Shown here piece after piece: positions 27,149 to 38,235 of a DNA stretch of 64,000 nucleotides. The DNA is taken from IMG/VR virus record IMGVR_UViG_3300038678_000291, positions 19,018 through 83,017 of that record. One strand, 5' to 3'. The notes below the pieces were generated by a model. That model searched no databases and was not told the DNA's origin. It saw nothing but the letters and a program-made list of their open reading frames with translations. This DNA comes from a virus. Position 1 is the stretch's first letter, and each line of letters starts with the position of its first letter. Made by a program: the position numbers and the translations under genes.

Positions 27149-28849
27149 TGTATGAGAGTAAACCCATACAGGAAAGGAGAAAAGATGCTTTTATCCGACA
27201 GGGAGCGCCAAGCCCGTGTGAATATTGTGGTAGAACAACCTGCCGTTTTTCGGGTGCATAAACAGGCTCGCATGATGGGGTACACGGGGAAAGATGCCCA
27301 ATAAACCCTCACAGCAGATAAGGCGTGAGCAGGCCATTGACCAGCTTATCCAGCGCTTAAGAGATCATTGGACAAAACCTGGTTTTTTTGCTACAATTAC
27401 ACTAACGGTACAGAATGGCATTATTGGGAACGATGTGCATGTAGCTAAGAATGAGAAGTTGGGGGAGATATAATGTCTAATAATTGTATATATTTAATAC
27501 AGGAATACAAAAGAGACCTCCTTGATATTTATCCTGCTGAACGCCTTCTGCATGGGGAAAGACATATAAATTATGGGCACGGTTGTAAAACTAGGAATGG
27601 AACAAAGGTTAAGTTTCCCAACATGATGACAATGTGTGGGGAAATTATTAGAGCGGATTTGGATTTTTGTTATGAACTGTATCCAAGCGGTATGGAGATA
27701 GCAGGAGAAACTCAATATCCAAAAGAACCCACATGCAAAGAATGCAAAGAAGCTTTTATGCCGGGGGAAATGTGAGCAAAGAAGAGGCAGAAATTAGAGC
27801 ACATTGTCTGGCATTATGCGAGTTGGTTTGGGGGCCAAGCCTTAAGGAAAATTGCCAGGGGCATGCAGAATGTATGTCATTTTACAGGAATGTCGTACAA
27901 CCCAGCCAGACCGAGTATATATGTAAATGCAAGCCTTATGGGATATCGCCCATCCAGGCAATATCAACTGATACCATAGCATCGAGTTACTTAAGGTGTA
28001 ATCCTGTTTTGGGAGAGCGATGAGCCAATCAAAATTAATACACAGAAAACTGATTGACGATAAGGTTCGTGGTGGTTATTCTGAGCGAAATTGGCCGATA
28101 GAACGTAACAGGGAATACTGGGATAAACCTGGCATGCCACATCGCCGATGTATTCTTTTGCCTGTTGATGAGCAGGGCGAGTATTCACGATGCGAGCCGG
28201 GATTTGTTGTAAAAGAATCACATGTTGAAGATGATGTTCGGAAGGGTGTTCTCCTTGTCGTTGACAAGGCAGAGCTTGTGGATGTTTCTCTCTGTTCGTG
28301 ATATGGGGAAGACATGAGCTATAGAGACACAGAAAATCATTGCATTAAGTTGGTAACGGATTTTACATTCTCTGATGCTAATTGGAACGATAAACTCATT
28401 GGCATTGAACTTGGACGCAAAGAAATTGAAGAGATTCAATTTTCAACCGGCTGTTTCATGTTTTCTTCTTATGTGGCAGCGTTGAGAGGAGAAAAAAGAT
28501 TATCTCCCGAAGAGTGGACTTTCCGTGGAGACAAAATTATTCCAGTAAATAAAGAAAGCCACATAAGTCTTTCTATTAGAGGGGCATAATTTCTCAATCG
28601 GGAATGCCGAAGATGAGCAAAACCTTTAAGCAAAAAATTGATACACTAAGGCAGCAGATGGGTACATATGGGTGTGATTTATCAAACCTTACAGATCAAG
28701 AAGTAGCTGACGGAGTCAGAAGTGTTTGTGCTGTATTAATTGAGAAGGGTGGAGGACTTAAAGAGTTTTTTGAAGGTATGGCGACGATTAATAAATTAAA
28801 AACAACCTAGCCTAGTCAAATTGAGGGTCTTGGCGACCTTGTCATGCTG

Positions 28850-28909
28850 AGGGCTGGATATGGAAGGCAACCACACACTGTGGCAACCCCTTCCCGTCCA
28901 GCCCTTTTT
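28850..28909 (+). terminator. Long hairpin plus U-tract upstream of portal
   Basis: AGGGCTGGA...TCCAGCCCT-TTTT. Confidence 0.55.
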
Positions 28910-28924
28910 CTTTGTAGGGTTTTA

Positions 28925-31090
28925 ATGTTAACCAATCTAATCCAAAACATAGGCCACGGCTTCGGGAACGCCCGTGGCGCATTCTTGGCTGGCTATCAGA
29001 AGGCAAGTGGTGGCTGGAGAGACCTGGAAGCTATCTGGTCAAGTGTCTTGGGTGAATCTACCACTAACAGGAAAAGAACCGCCGCCCTTCAACTCAGGGA
29101 ATTTCAGTCCTGGATTTACATTATCCTGACTACCATTTATGGGCGCACATCTACAGTCCCTTGGAACCTCAAGGTACAGCGGCCAGACAATACGCTAGAA
29201 AACTTGAATAACCAGCATGACCACCCGCTCCACAAGCTTCTCACCAAACCAAATCCGTTTATGACAGGTACCTTCTTTCAGCAAATTATTCAGACACAAC
29301 TTGACCTTACCGGCATGGCCATGATCTGGAAAATTAGGAACGGCTTGCGCCGCCCCGCCGAACTATGGCCACTTAATATTTCCGAGTTTATGGATTTTAT
29401 TCCCGGCACCACCACTAAAGATTTTATCAAAGGCTATCGCTTTACCAATATGGAGTTTCCTGTTGAAGATATTATTTATCTCTATTATCCTAATCCTAAC
29501 CCCACCTTTTTCTCCACACTTGCATCCCAACAGACAACCAATTTGTTTGCCAGCCTTGCGGGGATGTCGCCTATTCAGGCTATGGCCCGGACAGTAGATA
29601 TTGAGAAATATATTGAGGTTTATGAGCGGGATTTCTTTGAAAACTCCGCCAGGCCCGATGTAATCCTGACAATGAACGAGAAAAAGAATCTTGGCGAACC
29701 AGAGAGGGAAAGGATATTAACAAAATGGAAGCAAAAACACCAAGGCCCAAGGAAATTTTGGGAGCCGACGATTCTGAAGGATATGACCGCAGAGATTCTC
29801 AAAACCAATAACAAGGATTTCCAACTTGCCAAAACAGCTAACTGGACCAAAGACATGTTGTTTGCTACCTACAGTGTACCGGAGGGGAAGGCGGGGCTGG
29901 TCAAGGATATAAACAGAGCCAATCAGATCGGGGTAGATATAACCTTCAACGAGGAATGTATTCAGCCTCGGCTAAATTTATGGGATGAGACATTCACCAA
30001 CCAGCTTGCCCATGAATTTGACGAGAAGCTGGTAATCCAGCACGATAACCCGGTACCATCAGACAAGGAATTTATCCTCAAGCGGCAGGAGTTTGAGGTT
30101 AAGAATTATATTAAGTCTATCAATCAAATTCGTGATGAGTCGGGCTTGGATAATGTTGATTGGGGGGATAAGCCCTGGATGCCGCTTAACCTAGTACAGG
30201 CTGGTAGTAGCCCTGTAGGTGAAGGTGAACCGGGAAAGCTTTATACCGTCCCCGTGCAACTGGAAACCAAAAACTGGCTGGACGATCCTGAGCGCAGGAA
30301 AGCATACTGGAAACGATTTGATGCGCGGGCAAAGAAACATGAGTTACTGTTTATCAAGGTAATGCGGAAGCTATTTGCCGATCAGCAAAGGGAGGTGCTG
30401 GCGAACTTAGCACGGCTTGCGCCACAGATAGAGTCGCAATTTGCTGGCTGGCATAAGGGTAAGGTGGCTCGGTATATCAAGAAAAATCCCCGCCTGGTGG
30501 CCGGAATATTATTTGACGAAAAGGAGCAGATTAAAGTATTTGAAAAGGCTGGTAAGCCGCTAATCAGCGATGCCTTTGAAGATGCTGGCACCGAGATGTT
30601 TAGCGACCTGGATATTGAGTTTAGTTTTGATCTGCATAACGCCAGGGCGGATAAGTTTATTAAGGGCCGGGCTGGTAAATATGCAGGGCAGGTAGTAGGC
30701 ACCACACACAAAACACTGAGAGAGACCCTTCTGGAAGGCTTCAGAGAGGGGGAGTCTGTCTCACAGCTTGCTAAGCGCATAAGGCATGAGTTTGACATAG
30801 CAGACCGCCACAGGGCGATTGTCATTGCCCGCACTGAGGTAATAGGCGCATCCAATGCTGGCAGTCTTGAGGGGATGAGGCAGTCGGGGGTGGTGAAAAA
30901 AAAGGAGTGGCTGGCTTCCCTGGATGATAGGGTACGGGATAGTCATGTTTCAATGGATGGGCAGGTAGTGGGGATTAACGAACTATTCACATCTGGCGAT
31001 GGTAATACGGCGCAACACCCCGGTGGGTTCGGGGTGGCAGAAGAGGATATTCAGTGCCGATGTACCACAGTGCCCGTGATTGAGGTGTAA
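28925..31090 (+). CDS. HK97-family portal protein fused to a MuF/SPP1-gp7 head morphogenesis domain
   Basis: HPL..LL.KPNPFMT, GMSPI, FFENSARP; C-terminal IARTE...KEWLASLDDRVRDSH..MDGQ...EDIQCRCT. Likely start ATG 28925. Confidence 0.9.
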   Translation: MLTNLIQNIGHGFGNARGAFLAGYQKASGGWRDLEAIWSSVLGESTTNRKRTAALQLREFQSWIYIILTTIYGRTSTVPWNLKVQRPDNTLENLNNQHDHPLHKLLTKPNPFMTGTFFQQIIQTQLDLTGMAMIWKIRNGLRRPAELWPLNISEFMDFIPGTTTKDFIKGYRFTNMEFPVEDIIYLYYPNPNPTFFSTLASQQTTNLFASLAGMSPIQAMARTVDIEKYIEVYERDFFENSARPDVILTMNEKKNLGEPERERILTKWKQKHQGPRKFWEPTILKDMTAEILKTNNKDFQLAKTANWTKDMLFATYSVPEGKAGLVKDINRANQIGVDITFNEECIQPRLNLWDETFTNQLAHEFDEKLVIQHDNPVPSDKEFILKRQEFEVKNYIKSINQIRDESGLDNVDWGDKPWMPLNLVQAGSSPVGEGEPGKLYTVPVQLETKNWLDDPERRKAYWKRFDARAKKHELLFIKVMRKLFADQQREVLANLARLAPQIESQFAGWHKGKVARYIKKNPRLVAGILFDEKEQIKVFEKAGKPLISDAFEDAGTEMFSDLDIEFSFDLHNARADKFIKGRAGKYAGQVVGTTHKTLRETLLEGFREGESVSQLAKRIRHEFDIADRHRAIVIARTEVIGASNAGSLEGMRQSGVVKKKEWLASLDDRVRDSHVSMDGQVVGINELFTSGDGNTAQHPGGFGVAEEDIQCRCTTVPVIEV

Positions 31091-31971
31091 AATGGCCTTT
31101 ATACAAGACGACACAAAAATACAATTGATAAGGTTGTATGGGATTTTTTTGATTATTTGTGCTTGTATAAGTATCCCAATAAGGATAATAGAAATAACCT
31201 ATGGAGAAGCCGAGCTTTTAAACAAGGCTCTGAGCTTAAATTTTTATGAGCTTGCCTGTGGGATGTTTTTAAAAAGCAAGCATATTAATTGTTTAGAGAT
31301 ATTTAGAAGGATGTAAACAGGGCAAATCAGCTTGGGGTGGAGACATGATATTTAAACCAACAGACATAGACCTAATCGTGAATTCATATGAACATGGCGA
31401 GCAACTTGGCTTTCGTGCTGGGATGGCAATGGCGCTAAACGATGATTGGATACAAAGAGCCATGAACGAGGCCGTGCAATCAGACCACTGGCTTAACGGA
31501 AATACTACAACCGCAAGCAACGAAGGAACCACGCAAGTAACGCAACAGGACGTAAGAAACGCTATTATTTTAGCTAAAGGCGAAAAACTTACGCCAAAAC
31601 TTAGCTGTTTATATAACTGGGAATCTGTTCCTGTTGAATCGGTGGTTAGGCTAGCATTAACTTAATCAGACCATGAGACCAATAGCTTACCTTAAGTCAA
31701 TAATTTTCAATTTGCGGATAGCTTGGCACAATTGGCGATACCGCCGCATGTGGGATAAAGAGCAGTGGGCTAACTGGGCAACCATTGCGGATATGCCACT
31801 CAGCAAAAAAGAACTCAAGAAGGCAGCCCGCCGAGGCATAGTGGAGACAAGACAGACACGAGGGGCGGGGACCGGTATGCTCACCACGCAATATCGGTTT
31901 AACAGGGGTGTCCTGGGAGAATATTATCTTAAGGGTAGTTTGATTAAGGCTGCATTAAAACGAGGTTAATC

Positions 31972-32370
31972 ATGGCATTAATAAACGGAAAAGATAGAGG
32001 CGGTCAAGCAGTATATAGATTAGCCGACGGCAAAATTATCCCCGTTGCGATATTGTTAGATACTGATGGAAATGTGATCCCGGTTCCAATAAGAAAAGAC
32101 ATGGAGGGAGGCGGGAAAATATCTGTTGGAACTACCGCCGTAGAAGTTACTTTTACCGGAACAACAACAACGATAATCATTAGCGCCGACCCAGAAAACA
32201 CAGGGACACTATATGTTGGAAAATCAGACATTGATAGCAGCGGTAATAATTCTTTAACATTCCTGGAAGCCGGAGAAGATATAGCAATAAGATACGATGA
32301 CAGCGAAAATCCTATTTATATCGTTGCTTCTGTTGCCAGCCAAAATTATTTTAAAGGAGCTTTGCTTTAG
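31972..32370 (+). CDS. Beta-rich putative virion accessory protein
   Basis: ISVGTTAVEV...ADPENTGTLYVG; lies in the head module. Confidence 0.45.
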   Translation: MALINGKDRGGQAVYRLADGKIIPVAILLDTDGNVIPVPIRKDMEGGGKISVGTTAVEVTFTGTTTTIIISADPENTGTLYVGKSDIDSSGNNSLTFLEAGEDIAIRYDDSENPIYIVASVASQNYFKGALL

Positions 32371-32808
32371 ATGCAAATAATTAAAAACGCAAAAACAAGA
32401 ATCTTTCCCGGTGGGCAAAAGTTTAAAGCTGAAAAGAATCTTACATTTTCCAATGATACGGGAACATTGACACTTTTCAACGTCACTGGGGATGTGATTG
32501 TAGAAATTATTCCAATTGTCATTACTGCAGTAGTATCCGCAGCGGCAGCAAATATTAGGTTAGGTATTGTTGGTTCTACCAATGCCATGATTGCGGATAC
32601 ACTGGCAACCGACTTAGGTCTTGGGTTGTTATGGGTATCCTCCGAAGTTGATAGCAAAATAGAACCATATGATGCTGCTAGGCGTTTTATGGTTACAAGG
32701 GGGACTGATATTGTATTAACCCTATCAGCACAAGTTGATTCTGGCGCAATTACTTTTTATTGTTTTTGGACACCGTTATCTAACGATGGAAAAGTTGTTG
32801 CAACTTAA
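32371..32808 (+). CDS. Putative capsid-decoration-like protein
   Basis: Beta-rich composition; head module position. Confidence 0.4.
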   Translation: MQIIKNAKTRIFPGGQKFKAEKNLTFSNDTGTLTLFNVTGDVIVEIIPIVITAVVSAAAANIRLGIVGSTNAMIADTLATDLGLGLLWVSSEVDSKIEPYDAARRFMVTRGTDIVLTLSAQVDSGAITFYCFWTPLSNDGKVVAT

Positions 32809-32823
32809 GGACGGTAAAAGAAC

Positions 32824-33261
32824 ATGTCACACATAGCGGAAAAAGAAACAGCTTATGATAAGGCTAAAGTAGGGGACGAGCATTTTCATTCCGCTTCTAA
32901 GGTATACCCAACGGGTACAACAGGTGCGGTAATAACATCGGCTTCAGATGCCTGGACGCTAGGAAACTTTACTGAAATTGTACCCGTGAACACCATTACA
33001 GAAGATTTTGACATTCATTGGGTAAACATTGAAGGCGTGAGTGCTGACGGTATTTACGAAATTGTTTTATATGCGGCTACCACAGAGATCGGGAGAATGA
33101 GGTTTACGGCGACCGATATAGCCAATGCAACTTTTTTGGCAGAAAGAAAAATGCAGACGAAAATACTGTTTAAAAACACACAAATCCAAGCAAAAGTTAT
33201 GACTGATAACGGAGGGCAGCAAGATACCGTAACGATCTCTTTGCATTATCACACATATTAG
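32824..33261 (+). CDS. Putative virion accessory protein
   Basis: Beta-rich composition; head module position. Confidence 0.4.
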   Translation: MSHIAEKETAYDKAKVGDEHFHSASKVYPTGTTGAVITSASDAWTLGNFTEIVPVNTITEDFDIHWVNIEGVSADGIYEIVLYAATTEIGRMRFTATDIANATFLAERKMQTKILFKNTQIQAKVMTDNGGQQDTVTISLHYHTY

Positions 33262-33285
33262 CAATTATGGCCGAGGGGCAAAACA

Positions 33286-33453
33286 ATGACATTTCTGGAA
33301 TGCGGACAGGATAAAGGCGGACAGACGGTGAAATAAGTACCCGGGGGGCTTGTTGTGCCAGCTACAATTGCAGTTGACCAATACGGCAATCCACTAGAGC
33401 AGCAATTGGCGGGTGCTTCGGTAAATTTTGTTTTAGCACAGGCGGTTTTGTAA
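33286..33453 (+). pseudogene. Interrupted paralog of the N-terminus of 31972..32370
   Basis: MTFLECGQDKGGQTVK*VPGGLVVPATIAVDQYGNP versus MALINGKDRGGQAVYRLADGKIIPVAILLDTDGNV; in-frame TAA at 33334. Confidence 0.5.
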
Positions 33454-33882
33454 AGGGGCGTTGCAATGGAGAAACAAGACGAAAAGCAAGCGGAAAAAGA
33501 TTTTCCCAAGTGGTTTAGATTTATGTTTATTTTGTTTGGATTTATATATCCCAAGAAAAGCGTGAGGCTTGCTGCTGTGCAGGCTTGGAATAATAATTTT
33601 GGTTATATTTGTAAGATGACAGAAAAGGACGTTAACTGAAGGAGGTTGTTCTAAGTGGAAAAAGACCAAATACCTAGCATCAAAATCACGGTAGACAAAA
33701 AAGCCATGAAGGCAGTTGTTGCTACCGCAAAAACATTTAAAAAAGTAGAAAGGCTTTTAAAGTCAAACGGCGAATTACTTGCCGAAATTCTTGAGGGCAC
33801 TCTGAAAGGAGTCTAATGCCCTTTTCTGTCAGGGAGTTTATGGTAGGAGCAGAAAAGTTCCCGCTTCCCAAAAGCATATAAT

Positions 33883-34038
33883 ATGCAACTTAAACAATCA
33901 ACGGTACTGGAAAACTTAAAGACCAGGATTGACCGCTTGGCAAAGGAAGGATTTTTTGGTATACTAAAGATAACCTTTGTCAAGGGGGAGATAAGCGTGG
34001 TAAAGCAGGAGGCACTTTTTAAGCCGGAGGAAGTATGA
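33883..34038 (+). CDS. DUF2292/YezD-like 51-aa protein
   Basis: EGFFGILKITFVKGEISVVKQE matches the G.(I/V).I.(F/V)..G.I...(Q/E) pattern by eye. Confidence 0.5.
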   Translation: MQLKQSTVLENLKTRIDRLAKEGFFGILKITFVKGEISVVKQEALFKPEEV

Positions 34039-34179
34039 ATAATTCTGAGCTAGCAGGTTGGATTGTGTGTCTCATAATATTCGTTGTAGGATTGGTTGCG
34101 GGCGGAAATTTACAGTACAAAATCAATTAATTAAGATAACCAACATAACATAATCTGACTGACCTGGTCAGGGAAACTG

Positions 34180-34224
34180 AAGGGTCGGGTATAGGAGCTA
34201 ACCACTTCTTGCCCGACCCTTTTT
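34180..34224 (+). terminator. Long hairpin plus U-tract upstream of the protease gene
   Basis: AAGGGTCGGGT...GCCCGACCCTT-TTT. Confidence 0.6.
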
Positions 34225-34256
34225 GCGTTTGTGGAGAAAAAGAGGAGACCGTTGCA

Positions 34257-36425
34257 ATGGCTTATTTCATAGGGAAAACAGAGGACGGACAAGACATTTA
34301 CGGAATGGATTTTGATATAGAGGTTAAGGAGGCTAAGCAGACCGAGGACGGTAAGCGTGTAATTTCTATGATTGGCTCTACCCCCAGCGTGGACAGGGAT
34401 GGGGATACCATCAACCAGTCCGGGTGGGATTTAAGGGCATTTAGAAGCAATCCCGTGGTTCAGTGGGCACATAGCCACGCCATTCCCGCCATAGGCCGAG
34501 CCAACAAGTTTATCAAAAGCAAGGAATCTCTGGATTTCCAGGAGATAGAATTTCCCAAAGAAGGGATACATCCATTCGCCGACATGATTTATGCGCTGCT
34601 CAAGGATAAATTTATCAGGATGTGCAGTGTCGGGTTTATTCCTCTCAAGCATGAAAAACGGGAAGTTGAGGATGACGAAAAAGACCGTTTCTGGTCACCT
34701 CGTAATTTTATCAAGCAGGAGCTTTTGGAACTTTCCATCTGCAATGTGGGTAGCAATAGAGATGCCTTAGTCTACCTCCAGGGCAAGGGATTCAAGGGTG
34801 ATGATGTGAACAAGCTGTTTGACTCCATGATGATCCAAGAGAAGCGGGTTATCCCCTATAAGCAGACCCCCAAAGACCCAGAGGATGCCACTTGGAACGG
34901 CCCCAAAGAGGTAGCTGCTGCCGAGGTTAGCGATCTTAAGATTATGTGCACCTGGGTTGATCCTGATAACGACGAGATTAAGTCAGGCTACAAGCTGCCC
35001 CACCATCGGGCAAGCGGTCATAACACTGTCTGGAAGGGTGTGGCTGCTGCTATGGCTGCATTGCTGGGGGCCAGGGGTGGGGTGGAGATACCCGAAGGCG
35101 AGCGCAAAAGAGTTCACGGACATTTGGCAAAACACTATAAAGAATGGGATAAGCCCGTGCCTGATTTTAAAGAATATTCTGAGGCAGAACTTGAAAAGAT
35201 ATTTCCTGATGCTGAAAGCTGTGTGGAATGCGATAAGACCCTCAGTATTAAGCCTAGCGAAAAATTTGTCTACGAAAGCAAACAACACCTATGTCGGAGT
35301 TGTCTTGATAATCTTAGCCTGGATTGGCCGAGCCTAGTTACCAAAGAACTCGCCGAGAAACCCTATGCCAACGAGCATGCCTGCCGCCTGAAATCCCCCG
35401 ATCAATACGATAGCTTTGCCCGCAAAAACTGTGCTGTCAAGCATGACGGCAAATGCATTGACCATATCTACGGCATCAAAGATGGTAAATCCGATTTACA
35501 AGCCATGAGATACCCGAGGGATGTATGGTCTGCTACCGACGCCCGTGCCCATTGCAAAGACAAGGGTGGAGCCTTTGAGGCAGCTAAGGAGGCGGCAAGC
35601 GAATGTCTTGAGTGTGGTAAGGCTGTCAGCCTTGAAAGCGGTGAACAGTTTACCTGCGAGGGCAAGTGCCCACTGTGTGAGGGATGCTTTGATAAGGCGA
35701 AGGGCACGGCCAAAATTGACCTTTCTGGCCTAACCAGGAGGTTTTGTGTTGAGTGTAACAAGGAAATTGATTTTATGAAAAAGGATACATTTGAAATCAA
35801 TGATGACATAAAGGTCGTATGTATTGAGTGTGTCGACATTGGAATCAAGGCTGGGGCTGAAATTGAGCCATGTGCTTTTTGTGGAAACGATGTTACAAGC
35901 AAACTCGTTTGCGAATCATGTGTCAAGGCCGGTGCAGTCCTAAACCGTGCCAACAAAAAGAAACTAAGGGACGCTATGCGTCTTATCGGTGAAGTCCTTG
36001 CCTCTTCCGAACCGGCGGTAGAGGACGGAAGGGATGCCACTGACACTAAATCGCAACCCCCGGAAGAGGTCGATTTTCAAACCCTCAACGTCGAACAGCG
36101 ATTGGCTGCCTTTGAAGTGAGTTTCGCGGAGGGGATAAGGCAACTCAGAGCAGATATTGCTGCTTATGCCAAGTTTACGGGCCAATCACAGACCGCAGAC
36201 AAAGACGAGATTGACCTTGACGATGATTCCGAAGCTCCTGACGAAATCAATCTGGAGGAACTGGAGCTGTCCTCCAATCCCGAAAAGGACAAAGACGAGA
36301 TTGATTTGGGCACCACTTTAGTTGACGGTAAGCAATTCCTGGAAGAGCTTGGCAAGGAAATCAACCAGTCGGTTACAAATGTAGTGACCCAGGAATTTAA
36401 CCGTGTAACCGGCAAAGTAGACTAA
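34257..36425 (+). CDS. HK97-type prohead protease fused to extra domains, Cys-rich modules and an acidic scaffold-like tail
   Basis: STPSVDRDGD, NPVVQWAH, SVGFIP, ELLELS; start ATG 34257 after RBS GAGGAG. Confidence 0.88.
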   Translation: MAYFIGKTEDGQDIYGMDFDIEVKEAKQTEDGKRVISMIGSTPSVDRDGDTINQSGWDLRAFRSNPVVQWAHSHAIPAIGRANKFIKSKESLDFQEIEFPKEGIHPFADMIYALLKDKFIRMCSVGFIPLKHEKREVEDDEKDRFWSPRNFIKQELLELSICNVGSNRDALVYLQGKGFKGDDVNKLFDSMMIQEKRVIPYKQTPKDPEDATWNGPKEVAAAEVSDLKIMCTWVDPDNDEIKSGYKLPHHRASGHNTVWKGVAAAMAALLGARGGVEIPEGERKRVHGHLAKHYKEWDKPVPDFKEYSEAELEKIFPDAESCVECDKTLSIKPSEKFVYESKQHLCRSCLDNLSLDWPSLVTKELAEKPYANEHACRLKSPDQYDSFARKNCAVKHDGKCIDHIYGIKDGKSDLQAMRYPRDVWSATDARAHCKDKGGAFEAAKEAASECLECGKAVSLESGEQFTCEGKCPLCEGCFDKAKGTAKIDLSGLTRRFCVECNKEIDFMKKDTFEINDDIKVVCIECVDIGIKAGAEIEPCAFCGNDVTSKLVCESCVKAGAVLNRANKKKLRDAMRLIGEVLASSEPAVEDGRDATDTKSQPPEEVDFQTLNVEQRLAAFEVSFAEGIRQLRADIAAYAKFTGQSQTADKDEIDLDDDSEAPDEINLEELELSSNPEKDKDEIDLGTTLVDGKQFLEELGKEINQSVTNVVTQEFNRVTGKVD

Positions 36426-36435
36426 GGAGCATAAA

Positions 36436-37644
36436 ATGACAAAAGAAGACCTGTTGGGCTTCATCAAAGCCTCAACGGACGCCGCTGTGAAGGAAGCTCT
36501 AGCCATACAGCTTAAGTCTCTGTTGGAGGTTGAAGCAAAGGAACTTAAGGCCAGCGTTGGGGCTGGTTACCAGGCTGCGGAGAGATACAATTCGCAGTTT
36601 GTGCCCACTAAGGGCGGGGACCTGATTAATCCCCTAGCTGCAAAAAATTCCCTCCAGTACAATGAGTTCGGGAATTACTGGATTAAGCTAGCCCCAGATG
36701 GGGAAATTGAGAATTGGGTTAAGTCGTTTGTGGCAACCATTAAGGATCAGACCGTATCATCTAATACCGGGAGTGGGTTCTTGGTGCCAGAAGAGTTCGA
36801 GGCTTCTGTCATTCAGTACCGAGAGCCAAATAATATTGTATGGCCCCGTGCCACCATTGTTCCAATGAACACGGACACCAAAAAACACCCAAAGTTGGCG
36901 CAGGTTAGCGTTGGGACGGTAAATCATTTTGGCGGAGTGGTGTTTAATTGGACTGAGGAAACCGGAACCAAAATCGAAACGGAACCTAAATGGGAGCAGG
37001 TCGTGTTACAGGCTAAAGAACTTTCGGCCTATACCCAGATTAGCGACACACTGTTGGCTGATAGTCCTATCAACCTGATCAACTTTATGACTGATCTCTT
37101 CCGGCGGGCCTGGATGTGGACTACCGATAAGGTTTATATTGATGGTGATGCTGCCGGTAAACCTCTGGGCGTGATTGAAGACCCGGCCATCATTACTGTA
37201 GCTCGTCAGACTGCCGGTGCAGTGGTGCTAACTGACATCAGCAACATGTATGAGCAGCACCCGGTTCACTTCATGAACGGGGCTGTGTGGTTCATGAGCA
37301 AGCAGATTGAGGCTCGGTTGCTCAATGAGCGGTCAACCACCAATGACCTGCTGTTGCGGAACATGCTGTCAGTTAAAGACGGCAGAATTTCAACCCTGAA
37401 GGGGCATCCCATTGCCCTGTCCGATAACAAGACCCCAACCCTGGGTACTAAGGGCGATGTAATCCTCGGCAACTGGAGGGAAGGTTACTACATCGGGCGC
37501 AGACAGGGCTTGAAGTTGAATCGTAGTGAGCATGTAGCCTTTCTGCAAAACATGCTTACCCTCCGGGCTACTGGCCGGGTGGCCGGTGTTCCGGCTCAGC
37601 CGAAGGCATTTGTAGTGTTGGATGTAGCTGAGGGTGGCAGCTAA
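36436..37644 (+). CDS. Major capsid protein (HK97 fold)
   Basis: GFLVPEEF, WTEETG.K.ETEPKW.QV.L.AKEL, ISDTLLADS, GKPLGVI, GDVILGNW. Confidence 0.93.
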   Translation: MTKEDLLGFIKASTDAAVKEALAIQLKSLLEVEAKELKASVGAGYQAAERYNSQFVPTKGGDLINPLAAKNSLQYNEFGNYWIKLAPDGEIENWVKSFVATIKDQTVSSNTGSGFLVPEEFEASVIQYREPNNIVWPRATIVPMNTDTKKHPKLAQVSVGTVNHFGGVVFNWTEETGTKIETEPKWEQVVLQAKELSAYTQISDTLLADSPINLINFMTDLFRRAWMWTTDKVYIDGDAAGKPLGVIEDPAIITVARQTAGAVVLTDISNMYEQHPVHFMNGAVWFMSKQIEARLLNERSTTNDLLLRNMLSVKDGRISTLKGHPIALSDNKTPTLGTKGDVILGNWREGYYIGRRQGLKLNRSEHVAFLQNMLTLRATGRVAGVPAQPKAFVVLDVAEGGS

Positions 37645-37744
37645 AAACTAGCTGACCGTTTAACCATTTACCGTTTTGGTGGTCGGTAGCTGCGTAACCA
37701 ACGGTTGCTGACCACCAAAGTCAATTTTTACCAAGGAGGTTGAA

Positions 37745-38185
37745 ATGGCTCAAACACGGGATTTAACCAGTGTTTTGAAGATGATTGATTTCCTGCTGCG
37801 GGGTAGCCTGTCAGCAGCAACCCATATCACCAAACCAGTAGACTTGCGGGCTGCTATTACCAATAGCGACCTCACGGAAGTCGTGACCCGCATCATACTC
37901 GGTATGGCAGTTGAATTTGGCGGTGCCGGTACCATCGACATTGAGGTGCTGCATTCCGATGATGTTTCTTTCGGTTGGGTAAGGGTTGGCACAATTGCCC
38001 AAGCATCCGCTGCTGATGGTGCCAACTTCTACCATTCGGAATTCTATAACCTGAAGCGGTATGTCAGGCTACAGATTACCGTGACAGGTGTGGTTGCAGC
38101 AATTTGCATTATCGGTGCTGGCGATCATGGGTTGAGAGAGCCTGTGGTACAGACGGGCACTCAGTTGGTCTATACCGCTGCGTAA
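37745..38185 (+). CDS. Putative head decoration/cement protein
   Basis: Directly after MCP; HSDD...W...KRYVRL pattern. Confidence 0.55.
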   Translation: MAQTRDLTSVLKMIDFLLRGSLSAATHITKPVDLRAAITNSDLTEVVTRIILGMAVEFGGAGTIDIEVLHSDDVSFGWVRVGTIAQASAADGANFYHSEFYNLKRYVRLQITVTGVVAAICIIGAGDHGLREPVVQTGTQLVYTAA

Positions 38186-38235
38186 GAAAAAAGGAATGGG
38201 GGACTGGTGATATTGCCAGTCCCCTAAACCCCACC

